DNA of 64,000 nucleotides from Thermodesulfovibrionales bacterium (lineage in GTDB: Bacteria; Nitrospirota; Thermodesulfovibrionia; Thermodesulfovibrionales; CALJEL01): positions 11,923 to 75,922 of the forward strand of contig JAOACK010000003.1 of the NCBI GenBank assembly GCA_026417875.1. Reading direction: 5' to 3'. The notes beneath the pieces are model-generated. The model made no database searches. It had not been told where the DNA came from and worked only from the letters and a program-made list of their open reading frames with translations. A program made the translations under genes and the position numbers. Shown piece by piece: positions 9,736 through 19,691 of the stretch (position 1 is its first letter; every line of letters starts with the position of its first letter).

Positions 9736-11196
9736 ATGGAATACCCTGTTTTAAGCACAGTAATATTTCTTCCAGTCATTGGCGCACTGATTCTACTTCT
9801 TATAGGAAGAAGACAGGAAATAGCAATAAAATGGCTAAGCCTTGTTTTTACCCTTCTGACCTTTATTGCCTCACTTCCACTTTTTTTTAATTTTGACAAA
9901 TCAAGAAGTGATATGCAGTTTGTGGAGGTTGTGGATTGGATACCTGCCTGGAATATAAAATATTATCTCGGTGTTGATGGCATAAGTGTTCTGTTTGTTC
10001 TTTTAAGTGCACTACTTGGACCTCTCTGTGTCCTTATTTCATGGCATTCCATAAAGGAAAAGGTAAAGGAATTTTACATTGCCCTGCTTCTAATTGAAGC
10101 AGCCATGATAGGTGTCTTCTGCTCCCTGGACTTCTTCCTCTTTTATGTATTCTGGGAGGCAATGCTCATACCCATGTATCTCATTATCGGAGTATGGGGA
10201 GGTCCGAGAAGGATATATTCAGCAGTAAAATTCTTTCTCTATACCCTTGTGGGTAGTGTGCTCATGCTTGTAGGAATAATCGTGCTTTATTTCAATGGAG
10301 GCAATACCTTTGATATAGTACACCTGATGTCCCAGAAATTCCCCTATAAACTTCAGCTCATGCTTTTTTGGGCCTTCTTTGCAGCCTTTGCAGTGAAGGT
10401 TCCTATGTGGCCTGTTCACACATGGCTTCCAGATGCTCATACTGAGGCACCAACTGCTGGGAGTGTAATACTTGCTGGAATACTTATAAAAATGGGAGCC
10501 TATGGATTTCTGAGATTCTCCCTGCCCCTTTTTCCTGATGCCACAAAGGCAATGGCACCGGTGATGCTTATCCTTTCAGTAATTGCCATAATATACGGAG
10601 GAGTAATATGTCTTGTCCAGTCAGACCTGAAGAGATTGATTGCCTACAGCTCTGTGAGCCACATGGGCTTTGTTACTCTCGGAATATTTGCACTGAATCA
10701 GCAGGGCCTTGAAGGTGGAATATTACAGATGATAAATCATGGTATTGTCACAGGAGCTTTATTCTTACTTGTTGGTATGATTTATGATAGAAGCCATTCA
10801 AGGGAGATTTCCCATTATGGCGGAATGGCAACTGTGCTGCCTGTCTATGCTGGTTTTTTTATGACTTTTACCCTCGCCTCAATAGGACTTCCTGGACTTA
10901 ATGGTTTTATAGGTGAATTTTTAATCATCCTTGGTGGATTCAGGGCATCCATGCTTGCAGGTGCCTTAGCAGCAACAGGCATAATAATAGGTGCTGCCTA
11001 TATGCTCTGGCTCTATCAGAGGGTATTCTTCCAGGAAGTTAATCAAAATATTAAAGGATATAAGGATATGGATCTTAGAGAGATAATTACACTTTCACCC
11101 CTTGTTATACTCGTAGTCTGGATTGGTATTTATCCCAATACCTTTCTGAGCTTTATGCATGAAAGCGTAAAGGCATTACTGATAAAGTTGCATTAA
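9736..11196 (+). CDS. nuoM: NADH-quinone oxidoreductase subunit M
   Basis: WLPDAHTEAPTAGSVILAGILIKMG motif. 486-aa antiporter-like subunit. Confidence 0.93.
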   Translation: MEYPVLSTVIFLPVIGALILLLIGRRQEIAIKWLSLVFTLLTFIASLPLFFNFDKSRSDMQFVEVVDWIPAWNIKYYLGVDGISVLFVLLSALLGPLCVLISWHSIKEKVKEFYIALLLIEAAMIGVFCSLDFFLFYVFWEAMLIPMYLIIGVWGGPRRIYSAVKFFLYTLVGSVLMLVGIIVLYFNGGNTFDIVHLMSQKFPYKLQLMLFWAFFAAFAVKVPMWPVHTWLPDAHTEAPTAGSVILAGILIKMGAYGFLRFSLPLFPDATKAMAPVMLILSVIAIIYGGVICLVQSDLKRLIAYSSVSHMGFVTLGIFALNQQGLEGGILQMINHGIVTGALFLLVGMIYDRSHSREISHYGGMATVLPVYAGFFMTFTLASIGLPGLNGFIGEFLIILGGFRASMLAGALAATGIIIGAAYMLWLYQRVFFQEVNQNIKGYKDMDLREIITLSPLVILVVWIGIYPNTFLSFMHESVKALLIKLH

Positions 11197-11209
11197 TAGG
11201 AGGTTATAA

Positions 11210-12619
11210 ATGGATTTTTCAAAGGATATGTTATTAATAAAATCCGAATTATGGCTTACTATACTTGCACTCCTAATACTTATAACAGAACTCTTAATAA
11301 AAAAGAAGGAAGCCATAGCTCTTCTGAGCATAATAGCTCTTGCTCTTACCGGAATTATCACAATAAATACTTCTTCTGGAATTGCCTTTTCAGGTATGTT
11401 TGTTTCTGATAGCTATTCCATGTTTTTTAAATTTATATTCCTTGGTAGCTCTCTTCTTACAATACTTCTCTCAATGAGATACCTTAGCAGAGAAAATGCC
11501 CATTATGGAGAGTATTACAGTCTGCTTCTTTTCTCTGTTTTAGGTATGAGCTTCATGGCATCTTCAAATGACCTTATCCTTCTTTATCTGGGTACAGAAC
11601 TGATGGCACTTTCTATCTATGTACTGGCGGGATTCAAGAGGCACGATTCAAAATCAAATGAGGCAGCCATTAAATATTTTTTACTCGGTGCCTTTTCTTC
11701 AGCACTTCTTCTATATGGCATATCATTTATTTACCTCCTTACAGGAACAACAAACCTGAAAGGTATAGCCCAAACTCTGGCTCAGTCAAGCACCGAACCG
11801 GTATTGATGATTGCCCTGCTTTTTCTTGCCTCAGCCTTTGCATTCAAGATTGCGGCAGTGCCCTTTCATATGTGGTCACCTGATGTCTATGAAGGAGCTC
11901 CCACACCTGTGACAGCCTTTATGTCAGTTGCTCCAAAGGCAGCTGGTTTTGCAATTATAGGAAGGGTATTCATTACTGCCTTTGGTGCTATAGACCTTGA
12001 CTGGAAGGCTGTGCTCATAGTTCTTTCTGTTCTGACAATGATTATAGGAAATATCCTTGCCATAAGCCAGACAAACATTAAAAGGATGCTGGCCTATTCA
12101 TCAATTGCTCATTCAGGATATGCCCTTCTCGGTATAATAGCAGGCACGCCTGAAGGTATTGGAAGCACAATGCTTTATTTATTGATTTATGCCTTTATGA
12201 ATCTGGGTGCCTTTGCAATTGTAACCATCCTTGGCAGAGAAGGAGAGGAGCTTTCCCAGTATGAGGGACTCGCAAAAACAGAGCCTTTATGGGCAGCCAT
12301 CATGCTTATATTTATGTTTTCTCTCACAGGTATACCGCCAACAGCAGGTTTTGTCGGTAAGTTCTATTTATTCATGTCTGTTATAAATGCTGGCTACACA
12401 GGACTTGCAGTGATTGCTGTTATAATGAGCGCGGTTTCTGCCTATTTTTATCTGAGGGTTGTGATGTTTATGTATATGAAGGAGCCTCAGCGAGCTGTAT
12501 CCATCAGTCCCAGCGTTTCTGAAACCCTGGCTGTTACAATTACAACAGGTTTTGTAATTTTAATAGGTTTATCACCCTATTATTTTATAGAATTTGCACG
12601 GGCATCAATGATTTTATAA
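11210..12619 (+). CDS. nuoN: NADH-quinone oxidoreductase subunit N
   Basis: HMWSPDVYEGAPTPVTAFM motif. Last gene of the cluster. Confidence 0.92.
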   Translation: MDFSKDMLLIKSELWLTILALLILITELLIKKKEAIALLSIIALALTGIITINTSSGIAFSGMFVSDSYSMFFKFIFLGSSLLTILLSMRYLSRENAHYGEYYSLLLFSVLGMSFMASSNDLILLYLGTELMALSIYVLAGFKRHDSKSNEAAIKYFLLGAFSSALLLYGISFIYLLTGTTNLKGIAQTLAQSSTEPVLMIALLFLASAFAFKIAAVPFHMWSPDVYEGAPTPVTAFMSVAPKAAGFAIIGRVFITAFGAIDLDWKAVLIVLSVLTMIIGNILAISQTNIKRMLAYSSIAHSGYALLGIIAGTPEGIGSTMLYLLIYAFMNLGAFAIVTILGREGEELSQYEGLAKTEPLWAAIMLIFMFSLTGIPPTAGFVGKFYLFMSVINAGYTGLAVIAVIMSAVSAYFYLRVVMFMYMKEPQRAVSISPSVSETLAVTITTGFVILIGLSPYYFIEFARASMIL

Positions 12620-12659
12620 TTAAATTTACTTCATTTAATCCATCCGTAAAAGTACAGAT

Positions 12660-13061
12660 ATGTGGTTCTATCAATCTCTAATTACACTTTTACTCTGGGG
12701 TCTCTGGGGTTTTTTTGCAAAGATTGCCTCCAACTATATATCTGCCCAGTCAGTTTATCTCTGGGGAAGTGCTGGAGCATTAATAGTTACCCTGCTTTCA
12801 TTAATTATAGGTTTCCGTTTTGAGACCAGTACCCCTGGCATAATATACGGTCTGCTTGCCGGTCTAACAGGTGGAGGAGGAGTAATATTCTTCTATTATG
12901 CACTGAAAGAGGGAAAAGCATCACTTGTAGTAACAATGACAGCACTCTATCCTCTGGTCACAATTATGCTTAGTTATCTTATTCTTAAAGAGGACATCAC
13001 TTTAAGACAGGCAATAGGCATGCTCTTTGCGCTGATTGCAATGGTCCTGATGGCAGGTTAA
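12660..13061 (+). CDS. Small DMT/EamA-type membrane transporter (single EamA repeat)
   Basis: 133 aa with 4-5 TM helices and a pattern typical of half-size EamA proteins (FFAKIA..., YYALKEG.ASLV...LYPLVT). Confidence 0.6.
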   Translation: MWFYQSLITLLLWGLWGFFAKIASNYISAQSVYLWGSAGALIVTLLSLIIGFRFETSTPGIIYGLLAGLTGGGGVIFFYYALKEGKASLVVTMTALYPLVTIMLSYLILKEDITLRQAIGMLFALIAMVLMAG

Positions 13062-13069
13062 AATATTTT

Positions 13070-14107
13070 ATGACTATAAGGGAAATAATTGAGGATATTG
13101 AAAAAAAGAACCTACATCCAAAGGCCTGCCTGAGTTCCAGATCAAAGGGAAGACTGAGAGATGAACCAGAGGATGAAATAAGAACATGTTTTCAGCGTGA
13201 CAGGGACCGCATTATCCACAGCAAGGCCTTCAGAAGACTGAAACACAAAACTCAGGTCTTTCTTGCTCCGAAAGGAGATCATTACAGAACGAGGCTCACC
13301 CATGTGCTTGAGGTTTCACAGATAGCAAGGACAATAGCAAGGGCCTTGAGACTAAATGAAGACCTTACAGAGGCAATTGCCCTCGGTCACGACCTGGGCC
13401 ATACACCTTTTGGACATGCTGGAGAGGCAGCCCTGAGAGAGATTCATCCTGGAGGTTTTGACCATTATCTTCAGAGCCTGAGAGTGGTAGATGTGCTGGA
13501 AAAAGATGGAAAGGGCCTGAACCTAACCATTGAGGTAAGAGACGGGATTGTGAAACATTCAAAAGGCAAGGGAATGATTATTCCTGAAAATCCTAAAGAC
13601 AGGGCAATAACCCTTGAAGGGCAGATAGTCAGGGTTGCTGATATAATTGCCTATGTGAATCACGACCTTGATGATGCCCTGAGAGCGGGAGTAATAAAAA
13701 AATCAGAGATTCCATCTTCTGTGTTAAAGCTCCTCGGCGAGACTCACTCAAAGAGGATAGATACTGCTGTAAAGGATATAATAAGGAATTCTCTCAAGGA
13801 CGAACTTTCAGAAATCAGGATGAGTTCAGAAGTCTCCGAGGCTATTTATAAATTGAGGGATTTTCTCTTTGAGCGTGTTTATGAGAGTGAAGTGATACTG
13901 AATGAGTTTAAAAAGACAAAAAAGATTATCCAGGAGCTCTATGCCTATTATCTTGACCACACAGATGAGATTTACAGGGACACTCCCTTAGAAAAAAAAC
14001 AGGAGAGACACAGAATTGTCTGTGACTTCATTGCAGGAATGACAGATAGATTTGCCCTCTCAACCTATGAACGGCTATTTCTTCCCAGGGGATGGGCAGT
14101 TTATTGA
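13070..14107 (+). CDS. dgt: dGTP triphosphohydrolase-like HD-domain protein
   Basis: [38 protein letters not shown] and [14 protein letters not shown] motifs. Confidence 0.85.
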   Translation: MTIREIIEDIEKKNLHPKACLSSRSKGRLRDEPEDEIRTCFQRDRDRIIHSKAFRRLKHKTQVFLAPKGDHYRTRLTHVLEVSQIARTIARALRLNEDLTEAIALGHDLGHTPFGHAGEAALREIHPGGFDHYLQSLRVVDVLEKDGKGLNLTIEVRDGIVKHSKGKGMIIPENPKDRAITLEGQIVRVADIIAYVNHDLDDALRAGVIKKSEIPSSVLKLLGETHSKRIDTAVKDIIRNSLKDELSEIRMSSEVSEAIYKLRDFLFERVYESEVILNEFKKTKKIIQELYAYYLDHTDEIYRDTPLEKKQERHRIVCDFIAGMTDRFALSTYERLFLPRGWAVY

Positions 14108-14127
14108 AAATTTATGAAGGCTAAGAA

Positions 14128-14850
14128 TTGAGCAAGATTATAGCCATAATAGCATCTGTTGAATTTGAGCTCTCCTTGATCCAAACTCATCTGGGAGTAG
14201 GAGGATTTCGATTCCATGAGCCGGTAAAAAAGGGGGAGGTCATACTCTATCTTTCAGGAATAGGAATGGTTAATGCAGCCATAGCAGCTACAAGAGTCAT
14301 AGACTCCTATTCTCCATCACTGATTATTTCAACCGGTATATGTGGTGCCTACAGAGAATCAGGTCTTAATATAGGAGACATCGCGCTGGCAGAAAAAGAG
14401 ATCTATGGTGATACAGGTGTAATAGGTGGCAGGGATTTTCAGGATTTAAAGGCACTCGGGTTACCAGTTATAAAAATTTCATCATCCAATATTGAAATAT
14501 TTAATGAGATACCCATCAGGAATTCTCATAAACATAAGATATACGAAATCTGCAAAGAGCTTTCCCTTAATCTTCAATGTGGCAGTTTTGTTACCGTCTC
14601 TGGAATTACCGGCAATCCCGAAATTGCAGAGAAAATGCATAAGAGGTGGAATGCTATATGTGAAAATATGGAAGGTGCTGCTGTTGCCCATGCTGCATTA
14701 ATAAATAATATTGATTTTATGGAGATAAGGGGTGTCAGTAATATTGCTGGAGAAAGAGATAAGAGCAGATGGAACCCTGAGCTCGCTTCAAAGAACTGTC
14801 AGGGTGTTCTTATGGAATTTATTAAGTGGTATCTGAACTCTAACTTTTAA
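14128..14850 (+). CDS. mqnB: Futalosine hydrolase / MTA-SAH nucleosidase family (MqnB-like)
   Basis: PNP_UDP_1-type pattern: GIGMVNAA..., ENMEGAAVAHAAL, EIRGVSN. TTG start. A second futalosine-pathway gene lies at 40303-41382. Confidence 0.6.
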   Translation: MSKIIAIIASVEFELSLIQTHLGVGGFRFHEPVKKGEVILYLSGIGMVNAAIAATRVIDSYSPSLIISTGICGAYRESGLNIGDIALAEKEIYGDTGVIGGRDFQDLKALGLPVIKISSSNIEIFNEIPIRNSHKHKIYEICKELSLNLQCGSFVTVSGITGNPEIAEKMHKRWNAICENMEGAAVAHAALINNIDFMEIRGVSNIAGERDKSRWNPELASKNCQGVLMEFIKWYLNSNF

Positions 14851-14971
14851 TTAAAAATTTTTTCTATAACAAATTTATTTATCCATAAAGGATTTTGCAT
14901 CAATGTATTCCTTTTAACCTTAACAAAATTTGGTTAATGTTATAACTATTGTCTGTACTTGAGCACGACTA

Positions 14972-14980
14972 TGGTATAAT
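14972..14980 (+). promoter_or_regulatory. Candidate extended -10 promoter of hfq
   Basis: TGGTATAAT (TGn + TATAAT) lies 43 nt upstream of the hfq ATG, which has its own SD (GAGGTGAGG). No good -35 element. Confidence 0.3.
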
Positions 14981-15022
14981 TAACTGATTTTGAATTATTT
15001 ATAAACAGTCACGAGGTGAGGT

Positions 15023-15253
15023 ATGTCTAAATCACAAAATTACCAGGATGCCTATCTTAATCAGCTGAGAAAGGAGAAGATTCCTGTTACTGTCTTTCTC
15101 ACAAACGGTGTAAGGCTAAAGGGAATAATAAAAGGATTTGATAATTTTGTAATTATGATAAAAGAATCAAACACCATGATGATTTACAAGCACGCTGTTT
15201 CCACAATAGTGCCCGAAAGGGAGATTGAATTCACAGCTCAAGAGGATGCATAA
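15023..15253 (+). CDS. hfq: RNA chaperone Hfq
   Basis: [37 protein letters not shown]...[10 protein letters not shown] (Sm1/Sm2 motifs). Confidence 0.95.
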   Translation: MSKSQNYQDAYLNQLRKEKIPVTVFLTNGVRLKGIIKGFDNFVIMIKESNTMMIYKHAVSTIVPEREIEFTAQEDA

Positions 15254-15638
15254 AAATCCCTTACCAACAGTTGATGTAATTATTGAATACAGAGGCGGAA
15301 TAGTGCTTATAAAAAGGAAAAACGAACCCAGGGGATGGGCGATACCGGGAGGATTCGTTGATTACGGCGAAACCCTTGAGGCTGCTGCAGTTAGAGAGGC
15401 AAAAGAAGAGACCAACCTTGATGTAGAGCTTATAAGACAGTTTCATACCTATTCTGATCCCGGGCGTGATCCAAGGAGACATACCATTTCCACAGTCTTT
15501 ATCGCAAGGGGATACGGTGAACTCAGACCTGGTGACGATGCTGAGGACGCTGGAATCTTTACAGAGAATGATCTTCCTGAACCTATAGTCTTTGATCACA
15601 GAGAGATATTGAATGATTATTTTTCAAAGCGGTACTGA
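15246..15638 (+). CDS. NUDIX hydrolase
   Basis: NUDIX box [24 protein letters not shown]. The start is ambiguous between ATG 15246, which overlaps the hfq stop, and TTG 15225. Confidence 0.85.
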   Translation: MHKNPLPTVDVIIEYRGGIVLIKRKNEPRGWAIPGGFVDYGETLEAAAVREAKEETNLDVELIRQFHTYSDPGRDPRRHTISTVFIARGYGELRPGDDAEDAGIFTENDLPEPIVFDHREILNDYFSKRY

Positions 15639-15656
15639 TAAAGATGGAGGTACAGT

Positions 15657-16319
15657 ATGCTTAAATTTATGAGAAAACACGCAAAGTTTTTCTATTTCTT
15701 CTTCTTCATTATCATAATCTCTTTTGTCTTCTTCTATGTTGGGCCAATAGATAAGTCTCAGAACCTGGTGGTTGTGAAAATAAACGGAGACAGAATTTAC
15801 GCTGAAGAATTCTGGAGAACCTTTGAGAATCTCAGGAGATATTATTCAGAGAGAACACAGATTGATGAGGCAATGGAAAAGAGACTCAAAGAAGAGGCAC
15901 TCGAAGCACTCATAAATGACAGGATACTTTCGAGAATAGCGAATGAATTTGGTATTGAGGTAAGTGACAAAGAGGTAGAGGATGCGGTTGTTAATAACCC
16001 TCTTTTCATGAAAAATGGTGTATTCAGCAAGGACCTGTATATCTCAATTCTGAGGCAGAACAGGCTCACTCCTGAAATTTACGAACAATCTCTCAGAAAG
16101 TCACTCAGAATAGCAAAACTTAGAAGACTCATTGAGGGTGCTGCTGAACTTGAAGGCTCCCTAACAATATCAGGTGAGAATGAACTTGCAAGGGCATTAA
16201 GAGAAGCAGTCCTTTTTGAGGAAAAGGATAAACTTCTTAAATCTTACATAAATGGATTTAAAAACTACATGAAGATAGAAAAGAATGCTGAGTTTTTGAA
16301 GAGCGAAGGCTTAATATAA
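15657..16319 (+). CDS. SurA/PpiD N-terminal-domain periplasmic chaperone-like protein (short form, no PPIase domain)
   Basis: N-terminal membrane anchor MRKHAKFFYFFFFIIIISFVFFYV, followed by a helical SurA_N-like region (VVKINGDRIYAEEF..., LINDRILSRIANEFGIEVSDKEVEDAV). Confidence 0.5.
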   Translation: MLKFMRKHAKFFYFFFFIIIISFVFFYVGPIDKSQNLVVVKINGDRIYAEEFWRTFENLRRYYSERTQIDEAMEKRLKEEALEALINDRILSRIANEFGIEVSDKEVEDAVVNNPLFMKNGVFSKDLYISILRQNRLTPEIYEQSLRKSLRIAKLRRLIEGAAELEGSLTISGENELARALREAVLFEEKDKLLKSYINGFKNYMKIEKNAEFLKSEGLI

Positions 16320-16411
16320 ATGAAACGCATCCTGCTGAGCACTTAATGTGGCCTGCCTTTTTTCTATCGCAATTTAAAGTTAATCCTAATCCGCCATAGA
16401 GATCAATTAAT

Positions 16412-16428
16412 CCCTTTATGTTAAAGGG
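16412..16428. promoter_or_regulatory. Inverted repeat CCCTTTA-TGT-TAAAGGG (candidate enhancer/UAS for the sigma54 promoter)
   Basis: Perfect 7-bp arms about 110 bp upstream of the -24 element. More hairpin-forming repeats lie at 16470-16497. Confidence 0.25.
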
Positions 16429-16528
16429 TAGACTGATGTTTTAAGGTTTTTTCTCTAAAGGTAAATTCCTTCCTTAAATAAGGAAAAAATGTTTTCCATT
16501 TACTTTAAGTTTTCAATATGATTTTAAA

Positions 16529-16544
16529 TGGCATAGAAATTGCA
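16529..16544 (+). promoter_or_regulatory. Sigma54 (-24/-12) promoter
   Basis: TGGCATAGAAATTGCA: GG at 16530-31 and GC at 16542-43 give the exact GG-N10-GC spacing, and TGGCAT/TTGCA is close to the TGGCAC-N5-TTGCW consensus. SD AAAGGAGG and ATG 16581 follow. Confidence 0.6.
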
Positions 16545-16580
16545 ATTTTAAAATCTAAATTCCAAAGAAAGGAGGTGAAC

Positions 16581-16991
16581 ATGATGAAAAAATTCTTGAT
16601 TCTTTTGTCAGTTATGCTTTTTGCTCTTACAGCCACAATTGCCTTTGCACAGCAGGCAACAGTACCAGCAGCTCCGGAAAAAAAGGAGACTGCACCAGCA
16701 CCTGCTCCGACAAAATATCTTTCAGTAAAGGGCGAGGTTACAGCAGTTGATCCTGCAAAGAACAGCATAACAATCAAGAGCAAAAGGCAGGAAGTCCAGC
16801 TTACAGTTACTGATAAAACAAAGGTCATGATTAACAAGGAAAAGAAATCCCTTGGTGATGTGAAGGTAGGAGATTCAGCTACTGCAAGGTATAAGAAGGA
16901 AAATGAAAAGAATATCGCTACATCAATCAATGTGACACCGAAAACTGAAGCGGCTCCTGCACCTGCTCAAGCAGCACCTACAAAGAAGTAA
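16581..16991 (+). CDS. Small secreted protein of unknown function (signal peptide, Pro/Ala-rich linkers around a ~70-aa beta-rich core)
   Basis: MMKKFLILLSVMLFALTATIAFAQQ signal peptide. Strong SD. Flanked by a sigma54 promoter and a terminator. The ORF-track start at 16518 has no SD. Confidence 0.8.
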   Translation: MMKKFLILLSVMLFALTATIAFAQQATVPAAPEKKETAPAPAPTKYLSVKGEVTAVDPAKNSITIKSKRQEVQLTVTDKTKVMINKEKKSLGDVKVGDSATARYKKENEKNIATSINVTPKTEAAPAPAQAAPTKK

Positions 16992-17002
16992 ATAGAAAAG
17001 AG

Positions 17003-17043
17003 AGGTTGAGGTGGAGAATTTTTCTGCCTCAACCTTATTTTTA
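17003..17043. terminator. Bidirectional rho-independent terminator between convergent genes
   Basis: AGGTTGAGG (17003-17011) pairs with CCTCAACCT (17027-17035). It is followed by TATTTTTA on the + strand and by a T-rich run on the - strand. Confidence 0.6.
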
Positions 17044-17382
17044 TCCTGGTGGCCAGTGCATAGATCTTCCACCAAGGACGTGAAGGTGAATATGAAAAAC
17101 GGTCTGTCCTGCATCCCTGTTACAGTTCATTACAAGTCTAAATCCTCTTTCAGCAATACCCTTCTGATCAGCTATGTTGTTTGCAACAAGAAAGAGATGC
17201 CCTATAAGCTCTCTATCTTCTTCCTTTAATTCAAGCACGGTGGATATATGCTTTCTCGGAACAACAAGTACATGTACAGGTGCCTGTGGATTTATATCCT
17301 CAAAGGCAAGGGCGAAAGCATCTTCATAAAGGATTTTTGAGGGAAGTTTCTTTTCAGCTATCTTACAGAACACACAGTCCAT
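17041..17382 (-). CDS. HIT-family (histidine triad) nucleotide-binding protein
   Basis: CVFCKI..., VLVVPRKH and the HIHLHVLGG triad. Confidence 0.9.
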   Translation of the reverse strand: MDCVFCKIAEKKLPSKILYEDAFALAFEDINPQAPVHVLVVPRKHISTVLELKEEDRELIGHLFLVANNIADQKGIAERGFRLVMNCNRDAGQTVFHIHLHVLGGRSMHWPPG

Positions 17383-17717
17383 TACCTCTCCACCTCCTCT
17401 CCTTTTATGTTTCTATAGAAACAGGTCCTGTGACCTGTATGGCAGGCTCCAGGACCATGCTGGATCACCTTAATAAGTAGGGTATCGGCATCACAATCCA
17501 CAAGTATCTCCTTAACCTCCTGAACATTTCCCGATGTTTCACCCTTTTTCCAGTACTTCTGCCTGGACCTTGACCAGAAATGGGTATATCCCGTCTCGAT
17601 GGTCATTCTCAGAGAATTTTCATTCATGTAAGCCATCATGAGAACCTCTCCAGTGTTTATGTCCTGGATTATAGCAGGTATCAAACCCTTCTCATCATAT
17701 TTTAAACCCTCAATCAT
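17382..17717 (-). CDS. hisI: Phosphoribosyl-AMP cyclohydrolase
   Basis: [19 protein letters not shown]..., [27 protein letters not shown]...GPACHTG..SCF pattern. Confidence 0.9.
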   Translation of the reverse strand: MIEGLKYDEKGLIPAIIQDINTGEVLMMAYMNENSLRMTIETGYTHFWSRSRQKYWKKGETSGNVQEVKEILVDCDADTLLIKVIQHGPGACHTGHRTCFYRNIKGEEVER

Positions 17718-17768
17718 GTCTCCTCCTTAAATTGTAAAATACCGGGTATATGCAATGAGTGAAACCTG

Positions 17769-19691
17769 TTATCTCCCAGCCCTGATACTTGAAATCTCCC
17801 TTGCTACAGAAGGAAATCTTTCAAGATCTGTATGGGGCAAAAAAAGTGCTGAAAGATACTCATCCATAAAGCTCCTTAAAACACTAAGTTCCATATAGGT
17901 CATTTTCTGGCTGATCTCCTCAGCCTCCTTCCTCATTCTTTCTGACAGCAAGCAGAGATAGGCTCCTGCAATAGAGGTGTTTCCAAGAAAGGTGAATCTC
18001 TCAACGGGAAGGTCAGGCAGCATTCCCAAGATAATAGCCTTCTGGGGGTTAAGGTAATTTCCAAAACCACCGGCTATATATACTCTCTGAATTGAATCAA
18101 TGTCAAGACCCGCTTCCTTTAATAAAAGAGAGACACCTGCATATATTGCAGCCTTTGCTCTAATGATATTTTCAATATCAGGTTCAGTAAGAACAACACT
18201 GAATTTTGTATCACCTCTTATTTCTTCATAAAATACGTACTCAGGACCATCCTCTCCTTCTCTTATCCTTTTTGATCTCTCCTTCACAAATCTTCCCTTC
18301 TGGTCTATTAAACCATTAAGAAACATTCCCGAGATCGCATCTATCATTCCTGAACCGCATATGCCTATGGGTTTGCCGTTTCCGATCACTGAAAATTCCG
18401 GCTCAAGGGTCTCAGGATTGAATCTTATCTGCTCTATTGCACCTTTTGTTGCCCTCATTCCTGATTTTATCCCGCTACCCTCGAAACAGGGACCTGCAGA
18501 ACAGGCTGCTGTCATAAGCCATTCATTATTGCCAACAACTATTTCTCCATTTGTGCCTATATCCATAAAAAGAGATATCTCTGGGCTTCTGTGCATCTTT
18601 GAAGCAAGAACACCTGCTACAATATCTCCGCCAACATAGCTGGCTACACAGGGAAGGGTGTATACAGGTGCCTGGCTGTTTATATTGAGGCCAGCTGTTC
18701 CAGCCCTCCATACAGGAAAGGAGTTAACTGAGGGTATATAGGGCTCTTCCCTTATAGGCCCTGGATCCAAACCCCAGAAAATATGGCTCATGGTTGTATT
18801 GCCGGCTATGCTCGCCACAAGAATATCGGCTGTATCAATGGATTGCCTCCTTGCCATAGAATCTGTCAAAGTATTAATGTCCTCCACCACAGTCTGTCTC
18901 AGTTCTTCAAGCCCGTTTTTTTCTGTTGCATATATTATCCTTGTAATAACATCATCACCGAATCTTATCTGGGAGTTATATGTTGATGCCACATCAATTA
19001 TCCCGCCATGGTCAAGATTTACAAGATAAACAACTATCGTGGTTGTGCCTATATCAACTGCAATGCCATACCTGGGCTCATCTATCTGCGGTGATATAAA
19101 GAGGGCTTCAAGATAACCTCTGTCTTTCAGAGAGCTGCATCCAATACATTCTGTATAATTAATCCTTATACTCCAGCTGTTCTTTCTCAATTCCTTAGCA
19201 AGCTCCCTCAGGAACTTATTTGAGAATCTAAGGTCCTCCAGTCCCCTGAGTCTTAAAGCCCTTCTCAATCTCTCAAGGTCAGCAATATTGTCTGTTATTG
19301 TTGGTGGTGGCAGATTGAGGTCAATATATTTAACCAGGGGAGAGATATCACCACCAAGGGAAAGAAGTAATTCAAAAAGATCCCTTCCTCTTGATATGGC
19401 AATCTTATCTCCTACGGTGAGCTTCGAATCTTCAGGTATCTCAATTATAAGATCAGAAAGGGCAAAAGTCTGGCAGGCAAGAACAAATCCCTTTTGTCTT
19501 TCCTGAGAAGTGAGTTTCCCATAACCCTTTGCCTTATAGGAGCCATCAACAATCCTTACTCTGCATTTTCCGCAGGTACCTTTGCCACCACAGGAAGCAA
19601 CAAGATAAATCTCAGCATCCCTGAGAGCATCGAGAATGCTCTGCCCCCCTTTGAGGTGAATATTCTCACCGCTTGTAAGCTGGAGATTCAT
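17769..19691 (-). CDS. RACo-like reductive activase of corrinoid proteins (N-terminal [2Fe-2S] ferredoxin domain + ASKHA ATPase domain)
   Basis: N-terminal CGGKGTCGKCRV plant-type 2Fe-2S motif. 640-aa architecture with actin-fold segments (GIAVDIGTTTIV, FMDIGTNGEIV, AGGFGN). Confidence 0.7.
   Translation of the reverse strand: MNLQLTSGENIHLKGGQSILDALRDAEIYLVASCGGKGTCGKCRVRIVDGSYKAKGYGKLTSQERQKGFVLACQTFALSDLIIEIPEDSKLTVGDKIAISRGRDLFELLLSLGGDISPLVKYIDLNLPPPTITDNIADLERLRRALRLRGLEDLRFSNKFLRELAKELRKNSWSIRINYTECIGCSSLKDRGYLEALFISPQIDEPRYGIAVDIGTTTIVVYLVNLDHGGIIDVASTYNSQIRFGDDVITRIIYATEKNGLEELRQTVVEDINTLTDSMARRQSIDTADILVASIAGNTTMSHIFWGLDPGPIREEPYIPSVNSFPVWRAGTAGLNINSQAPVYTLPCVASYVGGDIVAGVLASKMHRSPEISLFMDIGTNGEIVVGNNEWLMTAACSAGPCFEGSGIKSGMRATKGAIEQIRFNPETLEPEFSVIGNGKPIGICGSGMIDAISGMFLNGLIDQKGRFVKERSKRIREGEDGPEYVFYEEIRGDTKFSVVLTEPDIENIIRAKAAIYAGVSLLLKEAGLDIDSIQRVYIAGGFGNYLNPQKAIILGMLPDLPVERFTFLGNTSIAGAYLCLLSERMRKEAEEISQKMTYMELSVLRSFMDEYLSALFLPHTDLERFPSVAREISSIRAGR

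Noticed and set aside
13211-13219. DnaA-box-like TTATCCACA
   Set aside because: It is a single copy inside the dgt coding sequence (encoding IIHS), with no cluster of boxes or adjacent AT-rich unwinding element. It is not an origin.
14482-14701. Pair of 69-aa ORFs on both strands inside mqnB
   Set aside because: Both are alternative-frame shadows of a gene with clear family motifs, and neither has an SD.
16320-16346. 8-codon ORF (MKRILLST*) and a possible terminator after the SurA-like gene
   Set aside because: The ORF is too short and has no SD. The T-run at 16369-16374 is not preceded by a convincing GC stem.
16505-16930. 141-aa minus-strand ORF overlapping the small secreted-protein gene
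   Set aside because: It is the shadow of the plus-strand gene, which has the SD, signal peptide, sigma54 promoter and terminator. The minus ORF has no SD and a low-complexity composition.
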